The translations under genes and the position numbers were made by a program. Shown piece by piece: positions 1 to 10,464 of a stretch of 64,000 bases of DNA. Source of the stretch: Candidatus Daviesbacteria bacterium (GTDB lineage: Bacteria > Patescibacteriota > Microgenomatia > Daviesbacterales > UBA10151); NCBI GenBank assembly GCA_016176405.1, contig JACOXG010000013.1:398-64397 (forward strand), given 5' to 3'. The stretch's first letter is position 1. Every line of letters begins with the position of its first letter. The notes under the pieces were generated by a model that was not told the origin of the DNA, ran no database searches, and saw nothing but the letters and a program-made list of their open reading frames with translations.

Positions 1-1
1 A

Positions 2-301
2 ATCAGGACCAGCTCCCAATTTCTGCATCATTGAATTTTGAGTTTCTCGGTTCATATGATTCAACTTTTTGCGCACTGAATCATATCTTCCGGATTGATT
101 CAAATCTGCTAAAATTTCTATTGTTTCTAATGTAATCGATGTCTGGGTAAACACCTCAGCTCCTTGAGGGATCATCTCTAAGACTACTTCTTTTGCTTGT
201 TCACCAGTTTGAACAAATTTGGCATTGATGCCATTTGAATTTAATGCCTGAATAGTTCTATCAATAGTTTGTTGATCTGCTAAGGTATTCCATTTATCCA
301 T
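2..301 (-). CDS. LUD (LutC/YkgG-like) domain protein, 5' part, runs off the window
   Basis: Manual translation from ATG 301 gives MDKWNTLADQQTIDRTIQALNSNGINAKFVQTGEQAKEVVLEMIPQGAEVFTQTSITLE..., open to base 2; resembles the N-terminus of LUD-domain proteins; absent from the ORF track. Confidence 0.65.
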   Translation of the reverse strand, partial: MDKWNTLADQQTIDRTIQALNSNGINAKFVQTGEQAKEVVLEMIPQGAEVFTQTSITLETIEILADLNQSGRYDSVRKKLNHMNRETQNSMMQKLGAGPD

Positions 302-312
302 GAAGTTGTTAA

Positions 313-1398
313 TTATATCTCAATTATCTGCTTAGGAGAAAGTGTTATTTGTCTAATTTTATCTTTTTCTAATACAAATAAATCCTCAATTCTGACTCCA
401 CCAAAACCTGCGATGTAAATCCCTGGTTCTATTGAAAATACCATCCCATTTTTTAAAATATCTTTACTTTTAGGAGATAATGAAGGATGTTCATGAACTT
501 CTAATCCTATCCCATGCCCCAAAGAATGAGGAATATCTAAATATCCTTTTGATTTAATATATTCTCTTGCTACTTTATCCACCTCTTTAGCCCTAACTTG
601 CTTTCCCAATTTTATTTGAATATTTATAAAATCCACTGCTCTTTTTTGAGTTTCTAAAACTGTCCGGTATATTTTCTTTTGTTTTTCAGATGCTTTGCCA
701 AAAATAATTGTCCTGGTCATATCTGAACAATAACTTTCTACTTTTGCACCAAGATCTAATAAAACAAAATCTTCTCTTTTTAATTTAGTCTCACCACTTT
801 GATGGTGTGGTATGGAGGAATTTTTTCCAAAAGCCACTATAGGAGGAAAAGAAATTTCAGCTCCATTCTTTTTAAGAAAATATTCTATCTCGAAGACTAT
901 TTCTTTCTCACTTACTCCAACCTTTAGCTTTTTTAATATATGTTCAAATGTATCATCACCCAATTTAGCTGCTTTCTCAATTTTCTTAATTTCCTCAATA
1001 TCTTTTGTATTTCTTAAATGATTTAAATTAAAATGTTTTAATTTTTTAAAATGCTTTTGTAAAATTTTGTGTTCTGAAACTGTTAAATTATCTTCTTCTA
1101 TGCCTAAACTTTTGATTTTTTTCTTCAAACTTTTTAAAAGATCTTCTGTTGATTTTTTATATCCTCTTTCAAAAAGCTCAAAAGATGATACTTCTTCTTT
1201 TATCGCCTCTGTATATCTTCCATCAGTAATAATATAACCAAAATCTCTACCTACTAAAATATAAGCTTCTCTTTCATCCTTGGAAAAATTTGAATATCCG
1301 CTCAGATATTCAATATTTGAAACAGATGAGATAAAAACAGCATCTATATTTTCTTTTTTTATCTGCTTTCTTAACTGTTTAAGTTTTCTATCAAACAT
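313..1398 (-). CDS. Xaa-Pro peptidase, M24 family
   Basis: Creatinase_N-like start (ITDGRY) and M24 metal motifs DLGA, SDMTRT, HSLGHGIGLEVHE, SIEPG, GVRIED. Confidence 0.93.
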   Translation of the reverse strand: MFDRKLKQLRKQIKKENIDAVFISSVSNIEYLSGYSNFSKDEREAYILVGRDFGYIITDGRYTEAIKEEVSSFELFERGYKKSTEDLLKSLKKKIKSLGIEEDNLTVSEHKILQKHFKKLKHFNLNHLRNTKDIEEIKKIEKAAKLGDDTFEHILKKLKVGVSEKEIVFEIEYFLKKNGAEISFPPIVAFGKNSSIPHHQSGETKLKREDFVLLDLGAKVESYCSDMTRTIIFGKASEKQKKIYRTVLETQKRAVDFINIQIKLGKQVRAKEVDKVAREYIKSKGYLDIPHSLGHGIGLEVHEHPSLSPKSKDILKNGMVFSIEPGIYIAGFGGVRIEDLFVLEKDKIRQITLSPKQIIEI

Positions 1399-1441
1399 AG
1401 GGCCGATTGTATCATGGATTTATGGTAAAATCCCTCTTGCC

Positions 1442-2584
1442 ATGAAGATTCTCCATTTTTCAGATATCCATATTGGCATGGAAAATTATGGGAAATTGGA
1501 TCCCCAAACAGGATTATCCAGCCGCCTTTTAGATTTTTTCCAAACTTTTGATTTTATTGTAGAAACCGCCATTAAAGAGCAAGTTGATGCGGTACTTTTT
1601 GCTGGCGATGCTTATAAAACTCGTGACCCCAACCCGACCCAGCAAAGAGGCTTTGGGGAAAGAATTAGAAAAATTGCCAAAAAAATTCCAGTTATTTTAG
1701 TAGTGGGCAATCATGACACTTCCAATGCAGAAGGCAAGGCCAATACTTTAGATATCTACTCTGCCTTGGAAATAGATAATGTTTATGTTTCTAGAAAAAT
1801 AGAATATTTAAAAATCCCCACTAAGAGTGGAGCCTTACAAGTTATCACTCTACCTTGGCTTCACAAAAATGATTATAAAACTGCGGGGGAGAAGTTAAAA
1901 CTTTTATATGAAAAAATTGATCTATCCTCACCTGCCATATTTTTATCCCATTGTGAAATAGAAGGAGCATCTTTCGGATCTGAGAAAGGTATGGCAATTG
2001 CCAATGATGTAACCATTCCTTTACCACTTTTACAAGATAAAAGATTATCCTATGTAGCTTTAGGTCACCTTCATAAACATCAAGTTTTATCAAAAGACCC
2101 GCTGATTGTTTACTCTGGTTCTCCTCAAAGAATTGATTTTGGAGAAGAAAAAGAGGAAAAGGGAATAATTCTTGTGGAAATTGGCAGCATAGCTAATTTT
2201 CGGTTTATCCCAACAAATGCCAGGAAATTTTTAACCATCACTGTTAATTTAAAATCTTCTGATCAAAATCCTACTCAGACAATAGTTAATGAGATTTTAA
2301 AAAATGATATTACTGAGGCTGTTGTCAGATTAATCATCAATATCCCATCAGATTTGGAAGAGAATTTAGAGATGGCTGTGATTAAAAAGTCTTTAGTAGG
2401 AGCTCATTATATTGCCGGTATTTCCAAAAATATCAATAAAACAAAAAGAATTATTTTAGAAATGCAAGGAGTTGAAAGTCTAAAGCCCTATGAGGCTTTA
2501 AAAAAATATTTTCAGGCCAAAAATTTTTCTAATAAAAAAATTCATGAATTAGAAAACTATGCCCAAAATTTGCTGCAAGAATGA
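1442..2584 (+). CDS. sbcD: Exonuclease SbcD (Mre11-like metallophosphoesterase)
   Basis: HFSDIHIG, AGD, GNHD and ALGHLH motifs; start moved to ATG 1442 because the track start overlaps the divergent peptidase gene. Confidence 0.93.
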   Translation: MKILHFSDIHIGMENYGKLDPQTGLSSRLLDFFQTFDFIVETAIKEQVDAVLFAGDAYKTRDPNPTQQRGFGERIRKIAKKIPVILVVGNHDTSNAEGKANTLDIYSALEIDNVYVSRKIEYLKIPTKSGALQVITLPWLHKNDYKTAGEKLKLLYEKIDLSSPAIFLSHCEIEGASFGSEKGMAIANDVTIPLPLLQDKRLSYVALGHLHKHQVLSKDPLIVYSGSPQRIDFGEEKEEKGIILVEIGSIANFRFIPTNARKFLTITVNLKSSDQNPTQTIVNEILKNDITEAVVRLIINIPSDLEENLEMAVIKKSLVGAHYIAGISKNINKTKRIILEMQGVESLKPYEALKKYFQAKNFSNKKIHELENYAQNLLQE

Positions 2585-4737
2585 TACCTGTAAGACTCAA
2601 ACTGTTAAACTTCACATCATATAAGGACGCTCCCGAGCTTAACTTTTCCAAATTTCACTTGGCAGCTATCTCCGGCCCTAATGGCGCTGGTAAATCATCA
2701 CTTTTGGATGCTATTACCTGGTGTGTTTGGGGCTGGTCCCGGGCAGGAGATTTAGCGGATCAACTTGTTCATAAAGGTACAAAACATATGTTTGTAGAAT
2801 TAACTTTCCAACTTGATAGTCAGGAGTTTACTGTTAAAAGAGAGCGGAATTTGACTGGTGGCTCCTCAACCAATTTGGAACTTTGGTCGGGAAATCACAA
2901 TTTAACAGAAGGCACTATAAAGATGACTCAGGAAAAAATAATCAATCTTTTGCATTTAACCTTTGAAACTTTCATTAATTCCTCATTCTTAAGACAAGGT
3001 CATGCAGATGAGTTTACTACCAAAGGTCCAACAGATAGAAAAAGAATTTTGGCAGATATTCTAGGTTTATCTCACTATGATGAGTTGGAAGAAAAAGCAA
3101 AAGAAAAAATCAAGGATATCCAAACCAAGCTGAAACTTTTGGAATATCAAATTTTAGAGATAGAGGCGGAAATTTCCATGAAAGGAGATAGAGAAAAAAC
3201 CCTGACTGAATCAAAACAGAAAGTTTTCGAAATAGAGAAAACTGTAAGAAGAGTGGAGGAGGAGTTAATGCTTTTACAAAGGAGGAGGGAGGTCCTTATC
3301 TTAGCATCAGAGCAGCATCAGAAATTAGAACAAAATCTTAATGCCCAACTTATGGAACTCAGTGAAATTGTCACAAAAGGTAAACAAAGAGCAAATAGAA
3401 TTAAGGGTCTTGAACAAAAAATTTTAAGCCTCGAATCAGTTGATCAAAAAATTAAGGAATTAAAAAATTTAGAGCAGGAGGTAGAAATTTTAAACAAGAA
3501 AAATCAAGAAAAATTGGAGTTGGAGAAGCAGTTAGCTCAGATTGCTGGTGTCCTCAATGTAAAAGAAGAGCAGAAAAAAAATTTACAAAAAATCATAGAA
3601 GATTTAAAAAAACAGCTGAACCAGTTATCTATTCCTGCCGCCAAATGTCCAACTTGCGGACAAGAAATTGGCAAAGATCAAAAACACCAAGTCAGACAAG
3701 AACTTGAAAAAAAATTAAATGATAGGGTATCTGAAGTTAACAAAATTTCCATCAAAGATGAACAGATACAAATTCAAAATCTAAATCAAAGAATTATTGC
3801 TCTAAAAATTGATGACTCGAAATTAATAAAACTGCAAAAGGATTTACAAAATCTTGAAATTTTGCAAAAACAGAAAGAAGAATTTTTACAAAACCAAGCC
3901 AGTTTAGAAACTGAAAAGAAAACACGAGAAGAATTATTATCACTTTACAATAATAAAAAAACACAAGTAGATAAATTGCGATCCGAGTTAGAAAAACTTC
4001 CCAAAGTCTCACAAAATTTATTAAAAATCCAAGCTGATTTGGAAAGTAAAGAAAATTCTCTGCAAACTTTGAGAGTAACAGAGAAAGAAGCCCAGACTAT
4101 TTTAGGACAGGCTAAAGAGTTGATCTCTAGATCAGAGCAGCTGGAAAAACTAGCCAAACAGAAAAAGGATGAACAAACATCCTTACAAAAAGATAAAGCG
4201 GCCTATGACGAACTGGCTTTGGCTTTTGGCAAAAAGGGTATTCAAGCCATGATTATTGAAACAGCCATTCCGGAAATTGAAGATGAAGCCAATAGATTAC
4301 TGGAAAAATTAACAGATGGTCGGATGAAAATTGAACTACAAACTCAAAGAGAAACTAAAACTAAGCTGGAGACTGGCGAAAAAGGTATCATCGAAACTTT
4401 AGATATTATCATTTCTGATGAGATGGGTGAGCGACCTTATGAACTTTATTCAGGAGGAGAAACTTTTAGGGTTAATTTTGCCCTCAGAATTGCTCTATCT
4501 AAGCTATTAACCAAGCGGGCTGGAGCCAGATTGCAATTTTTGGTCATCGATGAAGGATTTGGTACACAAGATGTAGAAGGAAGAAACAGAATCGTGGAGG
4601 TGTTAGATGCCATTAAAAATGACTTCGAAAAAATATTAGTCATTACTCATTTGGAAGAGTTAAAGGAAGAATTCCCAATTAGAATTGAGGTTTCAAAAGG
4701 AATTAGCGGATCTACCTTTGAAGTGGTCGGTGTTTGA
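2581..4737 (+). CDS. sbcC: SbcC/Rad50-like SMC ATPase
   Basis: Walker A GPNGAGKS, coiled coil, CPTC zinc hook, YSGGE signature, IDEGFG Walker B; ATGA overlap with sbcD. Confidence 0.93.
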   Translation: MIPVRLKLLNFTSYKDAPELNFSKFHLAAISGPNGAGKSSLLDAITWCVWGWSRAGDLADQLVHKGTKHMFVELTFQLDSQEFTVKRERNLTGGSSTNLELWSGNHNLTEGTIKMTQEKIINLLHLTFETFINSSFLRQGHADEFTTKGPTDRKRILADILGLSHYDELEEKAKEKIKDIQTKLKLLEYQILEIEAEISMKGDREKTLTESKQKVFEIEKTVRRVEEELMLLQRRREVLILASEQHQKLEQNLNAQLMELSEIVTKGKQRANRIKGLEQKILSLESVDQKIKELKNLEQEVEILNKKNQEKLELEKQLAQIAGVLNVKEEQKKNLQKIIEDLKKQLNQLSIPAAKCPTCGQEIGKDQKHQVRQELEKKLNDRVSEVNKISIKDEQIQIQNLNQRIIALKIDDSKLIKLQKDLQNLEILQKQKEEFLQNQASLETEKKTREELLSLYNNKKTQVDKLRSELEKLPKVSQNLLKIQADLESKENSLQTLRVTEKEAQTILGQAKELISRSEQLEKLAKQKKDEQTSLQKDKAAYDELALAFGKKGIQAMIIETAIPEIEDEANRLLEKLTDGRMKIELQTQRETKTKLETGEKGIIETLDIIISDEMGERPYELYSGGETFRVNFALRIALSKLLTKRAGARLQFLVIDEGFGTQDVEGRNRIVEVLDAIKNDFEKILVITHLEELKEEFPIRIEVSKGISGSTFEVVGV

Positions 4738-4751
4738 TCTACAATATATAC

Positions 4752-5132
4752 ATGCCGGCATTAGTTAGTAAACTCACTTTAGCCATAATTTTTTGGGTAG
4801 TTTTTATTTATGTAGTTTTATATATTCCTTATCCGCCAAATTTTACTCAAGCTTCTGCCTTTCAGCTGATTTCATTTTTTGGGGCATTATTTTTAGCAAT
4901 AATATTCACCTTAAATATTTTTCTAAATTCTATTTTTCTCTCAGTATCCATTTCTTTGGGTGTAATTTTTCTTTTAATACTTAAAGCCTTAGAATCTTTA
5001 AATATTGTCACCGCTGTATTAACTATTGTGGCTGTCTATTTGCTTTTTACATATTTTAAGAAAAATCAAAAAGGTTTGACTAATCTTTCCAAAATCCCTA
5101 AACTAAGTAGTTTCAGAAGGAGAAAAAGTTGA
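4752..5132 (+). CDS. Small membrane protein of unknown function (about 4 TM)
   Basis: Hydrophobic ORF with a basic tail filling the sbcC-metG gap; ATG 4752 chosen. Confidence 0.7.
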   Translation: MPALVSKLTLAIIFWVVFIYVVLYIPYPPNFTQASAFQLISFFGALFLAIIFTLNIFLNSIFLSVSISLGVIFLLILKALESLNIVTAVLTIVAVYLLFTYFKKNQKGLTNLSKIPKLSSFRRRKS

Positions 5133-6551
5133 ATGAATAAATTTTATATACATTGTGCCATTCCTTATGTGAATGCCAAACCACATATTGGTCATGCACT
5201 TGAATTTATCCAAACTGATACTATTGCCCGTTACCACCGCTTATTGGGTGAGGAAATCTTAATGCTTTCTGGGTCAGATGAAAATGCCTTAAAAAATGTT
5301 CAAGCAGCTGAAGAAGCAGGTGAAGATGTCCAAACTTTTGTAGATAAAAATGCCAAACTTTTCCAAGATTTGGCGGAAAAACTTAATGTAAATTTTGATG
5401 TCTTCCAAAAAGGCAGTGATAAAAAACATCATCATCCATCAGCTCAAAAACTTTGGCAGCTTTGTGAGAGTGCCGGTGATATCTACAAAAAATCTTATAA
5501 GGGTCTGTATTGTGTTGGATGTGAATTATTTTATTCACCTGATGAATTAGATGAAAAAGGTGAATGCTTTGAACATCCGGGCAAAAAACTAGAGGAGGTA
5601 GAGGAAGAGAATTATTTTTTTAAGCTTTCAAAATACCAAGATAAATTAATCACAATCATTGAATCAGGAGAATATGAAATTATTCCCGAAAGCAGAAAAC
5701 ATGAAGTTTTATCTTTTCTAAAAAGTGGGCTACAAGATATCAGCATTTCTAGAACTAATAAGCGGACCAAAAATTGGGGAGTCCCTGTGCCCGGCGACCC
5801 CTCCCAGCGAATCTATGTCTGGTTTGACGCATTAAATATCTATCAATCAGGTGTGGGATTTGGTTGGGGTGATAAAAAATATCAAAAATGGTGGCCTGCA
5901 GATTTACAAGTCATAGGAAAAGGGATCATTAGATTCCATGCTATTTATTGGCCTGCTTTTTTACTTTCTGCAAAATTAAAATTGCCTAAAAAATTATTTG
6001 TTCATGAGTATTTTACAGTTGATGGCCAAAAAATGTCTAAAACATTGGGTAATGTTTATGATCCAAATATAGCCATAAAAAAGTTTGGTTCAGATGCCTT
6101 ACGTTACTTTTGTTTGGCTAAAATTTCCCCATTTCAAGACGGAGATTTCTCAGAGGAGAAATTAAAAGAGGCTTATAATGCAGATTTGGCCAATGGGTTG
6201 GGAAATTTAGTCTCAAGAATTGCCAAACTTTGTGAACAGAATAATATCCAAGCAACTGATGGATCCAATGTCTGGTGTGCTGATTTGGAAAAATATATGG
6301 GGGAGTTTAAATTTAATGAAGCCATAGCTGTAATTTGGGAGCTTATTGCTGAAGCAGATAAGAAAATCAATCAAGAAAAACCATGGGAACTTTCTGGAGA
6401 AAAGTTAAAGGCTGTTCTATTAGATTATGTCAAAAGGATCCAAGCCATAGGTTATAACTTGCAACCCTTCTTACCAGAAACTGCCGAAATAATCTTAAAA
6501 CAATTCTCAGGGCCAATTAAATCAGGCCTACCCCTTTTTCCAAGGATCTAA
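5133..6551 (+). CDS. metG: Methionine--tRNA ligase, short form
   Basis: PYVNAKPHIGH, YVWFDAL and KMSKT motifs. Confidence 0.96.
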   Translation: MNKFYIHCAIPYVNAKPHIGHALEFIQTDTIARYHRLLGEEILMLSGSDENALKNVQAAEEAGEDVQTFVDKNAKLFQDLAEKLNVNFDVFQKGSDKKHHHPSAQKLWQLCESAGDIYKKSYKGLYCVGCELFYSPDELDEKGECFEHPGKKLEEVEEENYFFKLSKYQDKLITIIESGEYEIIPESRKHEVLSFLKSGLQDISISRTNKRTKNWGVPVPGDPSQRIYVWFDALNIYQSGVGFGWGDKKYQKWWPADLQVIGKGIIRFHAIYWPAFLLSAKLKLPKKLFVHEYFTVDGQKMSKTLGNVYDPNIAIKKFGSDALRYFCLAKISPFQDGDFSEEKLKEAYNADLANGLGNLVSRIAKLCEQNNIQATDGSNVWCADLEKYMGEFKFNEAIAVIWELIAEADKKINQEKPWELSGEKLKAVLLDYVKRIQAIGYNLQPFLPETAEIILKQFSGPIKSGLPLFPRI

Positions 6552-7459
6552 TGTTAATAGATACGCATGCTCATTTATATTGGGATTCCTATAAAGATGA
6601 TTTAGATGAAGTTATTCAGCGCTCCATTGATGCGGGAGTAACTAGCATTATTAATGTTGGGGTTGATGTCCAAAAATCAGAACTTGCAGCCAAACAGGTT
6701 AAAGAGAAGTTATCCAAAATTCCCAATTTTAAAAGCTATTCTACCATTGGAATTCATCCTCATGAATCATTAAAATATAATTCAGATGTATCCATACATC
6801 GTGACATAGAAAAATTAGAGAAACTATATAAGCAAAGCTTGCCTTCGTCTAACGACGAACGTCAAACCCAACCAGATCAAATCATAGCAGTTGGAGAATG
6901 TGGTCTAGATTATTTTTTTGATCCTGAGTTTGTCCCCCCTACTCTACCCCCTGAGCAGATTAAAGATTCTCAAAGAAAACTTTTTAAAGCTCAAATAGAT
7001 TTAGCAAAAAAACTAAATCTACCTTTAATAGTTCACTGCAGAGATGACCGATCTAAAAATCCCAATAATTCTGGGGCATGGGATGAAGTATTAAAGATGG
7101 TGGGCACTCATCCTGCCATCCTCCACTGCTATTCTGGTTTATCCCATACTACTAACTATATGCTGCAAACCACCAACCTAATTGTCTCTTTTGCAGCCAC
7201 CATCACTTATCCCAAAAATGAATATTTAAGAGATGAATATTTAAGAGCAGCTGCCAAAATTTTACCTTTGGAAAAAATAGTCTTGGAAACAGATTGTCCA
7301 TTTTTACCTCCACAATCAAGACGAGGCCAAAGAAATGAACCCTCTGCTGTCTTAGAAATAGCCCAACTGATTGCTGATTTAAAAGAAATTTCTTTAAAAG
7401 AAGTTTCCACTCAAACTACAGCTAATGTTAAAAAAATATTTAATATTAAAGTTATTTAA
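6551..7459 (+). CDS. tatD: TatD family deoxyribonuclease
   Basis: IDTHAH, GIHPH, VGECGLDY, HCR, HCYSG and ETDCPFL motifs. Confidence 0.94.
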   Translation: MLIDTHAHLYWDSYKDDLDEVIQRSIDAGVTSIINVGVDVQKSELAAKQVKEKLSKIPNFKSYSTIGIHPHESLKYNSDVSIHRDIEKLEKLYKQSLPSSNDERQTQPDQIIAVGECGLDYFFDPEFVPPTLPPEQIKDSQRKLFKAQIDLAKKLNLPLIVHCRDDRSKNPNNSGAWDEVLKMVGTHPAILHCYSGLSHTTNYMLQTTNLIVSFAATITYPKNEYLRDEYLRAAAKILPLEKIVLETDCPFLPPQSRRGQRNEPSAVLEIAQLIADLKEISLKEVSTQTTANVKKIFNIKVI

Positions 7460-7479
7460 TCATTTGTTATACTTCAAGA

Positions 7480-8217
7480 ATGATTGAAAAACCAAATTGG
7501 TATGGCCTAAGACTTGCTAGAGAAGCTTCAGGGGTTACAGCTTTTAATGTTATTTATGAAGATACTAAAAGAGAAGATGACTTAGTTGCTAGACCATTTG
7601 CAGTTATATGGGGATTAGGGGAATTGATATTCCCAGCAACTATGAGGTTTATGAGAGAACATACAGAATATAATCCCGATAAATCTTTGAGAGATATTTT
7701 GTTCTTTATGAGTTCAATCGCCACAGATGTTGCAACAAATGCCTTGATTGCAGTACCTGGCTTAGATGGTCCTCTTGAAGTTGTAGCTAGAAGAACAACA
7801 TTAAACTATGCCACTCATATGGGGATAGATTTTATGCAACATATATCTCATATTAGAGCAGCTTCCCAAAAACCATTGCAGTCTTCTACTACTGATATTT
7901 CTCAGACTCCAGTTAGAAGAAGGACTCCTGAGAATAGAACACGACCAGTGCAATCTGCAAGATCCCCTCAGAGGCTATCAACTAAAAAACCTATTGAGGT
8001 ACAACCATTACCAATAAATGCTGGTAATATCATCAATATGAATACAGAGGAAAAAGGTTGGCTTCTCAGAGATGAAACAGGCCAGTTAATTAGAGATCCT
8101 GAGGGATTACTAACTATAGAATTTCCTGGACCTCCCAAATATACAGCTAGAATACCCGAAAGTTTGATTGGAACAAAGTATCAGACAATTGATGAAGATC
8201 AAACTCATTCCGAATAA
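7480..8217 (+). CDS. Hypothetical protein
   Basis: 245-aa ORF with TG-n-TATACT 6 nt before the ATG; no recognised motif. Confidence 0.7.
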   Translation: MIEKPNWYGLRLAREASGVTAFNVIYEDTKREDDLVARPFAVIWGLGELIFPATMRFMREHTEYNPDKSLRDILFFMSSIATDVATNALIAVPGLDGPLEVVARRTTLNYATHMGIDFMQHISHIRAASQKPLQSSTTDISQTPVRRRTPENRTRPVQSARSPQRLSTKKPIEVQPLPINAGNIINMNTEEKGWLLRDETGQLIRDPEGLLTIEFPGPPKYTARIPESLIGTKYQTIDEDQTHSE

Positions 8218-8247
8218 TTCCTATTAAAATCTTACAAATATATAAAG

Positions 8248-8299
8248 AGATCCTTCGACCCTTCGACTTCGCTCAGGATGATCCGCCTCTGGCGGATCA
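8248..8299. repeat. Intergenic palindromic-repeat cluster
   Basis: The reverse strand of 8248-8281 reads TCATCCTGAGCGAAGTCGAAGGGTCGAAGGATCT; 8279-8299 is TGATCCGCC-TCT-GGCGGATCA. Confidence 0.85.
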
Positions 8300-8439
8300 T
8301 TTGCTTTCTCAGCTCAAATTTTTTACACTTAACACTGCTGACTATAATATGCGACTCATTTTGGCTTTTTTTATTGGTTTCATAGGCTTTTTTTATACTG
8401 CAGAACTGCTCCAAAGATTTAGTAGATTTTGGCCCTTTT

Positions 8440-10086
8440 TTGCTTTTACTAAATCAATCTATCCTTGAGGGTGGATTAAATGTTTTATCTGCCAATTTTT
8501 TAATTGGAGCAGGCTTAGGTCTAATTATGCATCATCTTTTATCCCGCCGCTATATTTTCTTTGAGAAATTGGAGAAAGATTTTATTATTAGACATGAAAC
8601 AAAAGTAGAAAGGCTACTAGAAATTTTTCCAGGAGCCTTTACTTGGCTGGCTCTCACCTCACCAATTTGGTTATCCTTTACTCTCCCTTTTGCTGTAGCC
8701 TATTTAATTTTAATTGCAGATACCTATTGGCTACTTACTGCCTTAAGAATTGGTATTTTGATATTAATTGGTTTTAGGAAAATGGAGGTGGCTAAAAAGC
8801 AAGATTGGTTATCTAATCTTAAAAAAGATTTCCCCAATGATTGGGGAAAATATTATCATTTAATACTAGTTCCCACCTATAAAGAAGCACCGTATATACT
8901 TACTACCACCTTCCAAGGAATTATTAATTCCAACTATCCTAAAGATAAAATTTTGCTGGCAGTCGGGTTTGAGGAAAGAGATGAGCCTAAAAAAATTAGA
9001 GATACCCAAAAAAATCTTAAAAAAATTGAAGGAAAAATTGTCGCAGTTTACACTACCATTCACCCTTATAACCTTCCTGGAGAAGTGGCTGGCCAAGGCT
9101 CAAATAAAAACTGGATGATCAAAAATATTGTCCCTCAGCTTAAAGCAAAAGGTATTAAGGTAGAAGATGTTTTTGTGACCACTTTAGATGCTGATTTTGT
9201 CCTACATCGGGAGTTTTTAGCAGGGGCTTTATATAAATACTTATCCCAACCAAACGAAAAAAGAGACAAAAGAACTTTTACTGGAGTATTTTTATATCAC
9301 AATAACTATTGGCAAACTCCAGCTCCGATGAGGCTGATGGCCACTGGTACTTCCTTTTGGCAACTGGCTGAGATGGTTGGTTCTGATAAATATATGAACT
9401 ACTCTTCGATGTCCATTTCTTTAAAAGCTCTCTTAGATGTGGGTGGCTGGATACCAGATAAGGTCAACGATGATAACGGGTTTTATTGGAAGGCCTATTT
9501 TCACTTTAATGGTGACTATAAAGTCATCCCACATTTTTTACCAATTTCTGCTGATGCAGTCCAAGATACCACCCTCCTTAAAACCTTTCAAAACCAATAT
9601 CTACAAATTAAAAGATGGGCTTATGGGGTTGAACATATCCCCTATGTGGTTACACAGTATTTTAAAAAAGAAATCGATTTTTGGGATAAAACTGATAAGT
9701 TACTTTTTAAAATTTGGGGGGATTTGAAATGGGGCTTTTTGGCAATCTTTGTAACATTCGGCAGTATCATTATTCCTTTAGTTAATCCTGATTTTAAAGA
9801 ATCTGTATTGTCTATTAATCTCCCAATAGTCTCGTCTTGGATATTAACAGCGGCATTTTTAGGGCTTTTTGCCACCATCTTTGTTCATGAAAAAACTGCT
9901 CCCAAAAGACCAAGAAATTGGTCGCCCTTTCAAAAAATATTTTCCTATATTCAGTGGCTTTTGGTACCAATTATTTTAATTACTATCTCATCCCTACCTG
10001 CCATTGATGCCCAAACCTCCTTAATGTTTGGTAAAAAATTGGAGTTTAGGGTAACCAATAAAGCGCGGTTATCAGAAAAAGTATAA
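8440..10086 (+). CDS. Membrane glycosyltransferase family 2, processive type; start uncertain
   Basis: LDAD DxD motif, NDD, QIKRW (QxxRW), flanking TM segments. Confidence 0.88.
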   Translation: MLLLNQSILEGGLNVLSANFLIGAGLGLIMHHLLSRRYIFFEKLEKDFIIRHETKVERLLEIFPGAFTWLALTSPIWLSFTLPFAVAYLILIADTYWLLTALRIGILILIGFRKMEVAKKQDWLSNLKKDFPNDWGKYYHLILVPTYKEAPYILTTTFQGIINSNYPKDKILLAVGFEERDEPKKIRDTQKNLKKIEGKIVAVYTTIHPYNLPGEVAGQGSNKNWMIKNIVPQLKAKGIKVEDVFVTTLDADFVLHREFLAGALYKYLSQPNEKRDKRTFTGVFLYHNNYWQTPAPMRLMATGTSFWQLAEMVGSDKYMNYSSMSISLKALLDVGGWIPDKVNDDNGFYWKAYFHFNGDYKVIPHFLPISADAVQDTTLLKTFQNQYLQIKRWAYGVEHIPYVVTQYFKKEIDFWDKTDKLLFKIWGDLKWGFLAIFVTFGSIIIPLVNPDFKESVLSINLPIVSSWILTAAFLGLFATIFVHEKTAPKRPRNWSPFQKIFSYIQWLLVPIILITISSLPAIDAQTSLMFGKKLEFRVTNKARLSEKV

Positions 10087-10088
10087 AA

Positions 10089-10454
10089 ATGGCCAACTTT
10101 AAAGAAAATTTTGAACAAATGAATCATTTTTCCCAATTTTTCTTATTAACAATCTCTTTACAAATATTTTTGGCGTTTTTGATCAGCCTTTTTATATTAT
10201 TTTCCTCAAAATTTTTACCGCCAAAATTACCACTATTCTATTCCCTACCTTGGGGAGAAAAACAGCTGGCTACTCACCAACAACTTTTTATCCTCCCTGC
10301 TATTTTAGTGTTGATTACTCTTATTAATATTGCCGTCGCCTGGCAACTACATCTTTCTCAATCATTTTTCAAAAAAATATTAATCTTTAGCTCATTGGTA
10401 ACAAGCATGATTCTAGTCATTACTTTTATTAAAATTATTTTAATTTTTATTTGA
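10089..10454 (+). CDS. Small membrane protein (DUF1648-like)
   Basis: Three hydrophobic segments around LPPKLPLFYSLPWGE. Confidence 0.65.
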   Translation: MANFKENFEQMNHFSQFFLLTISLQIFLAFLISLFILFSSKFLPPKLPLFYSLPWGEKQLATHQQLFILPAILVLITLINIAVAWQLHLSQSFFKKILIFSSLVTSMILVITFIKIILIFI

Positions 10455-10464
10455 AAAAAGTTTT

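Noticed and set aside
1280-1441. N-terminal extension of sbcD in the ORF track
   Set aside because: It overlaps the divergent peptidase gene; the family motif begins at ATG 1442
8232-8414. 60-aa minus-strand ORF
   Set aside because: Its tail (IILSEVEGSKDL) is a translation of the REP-like cluster; no other support
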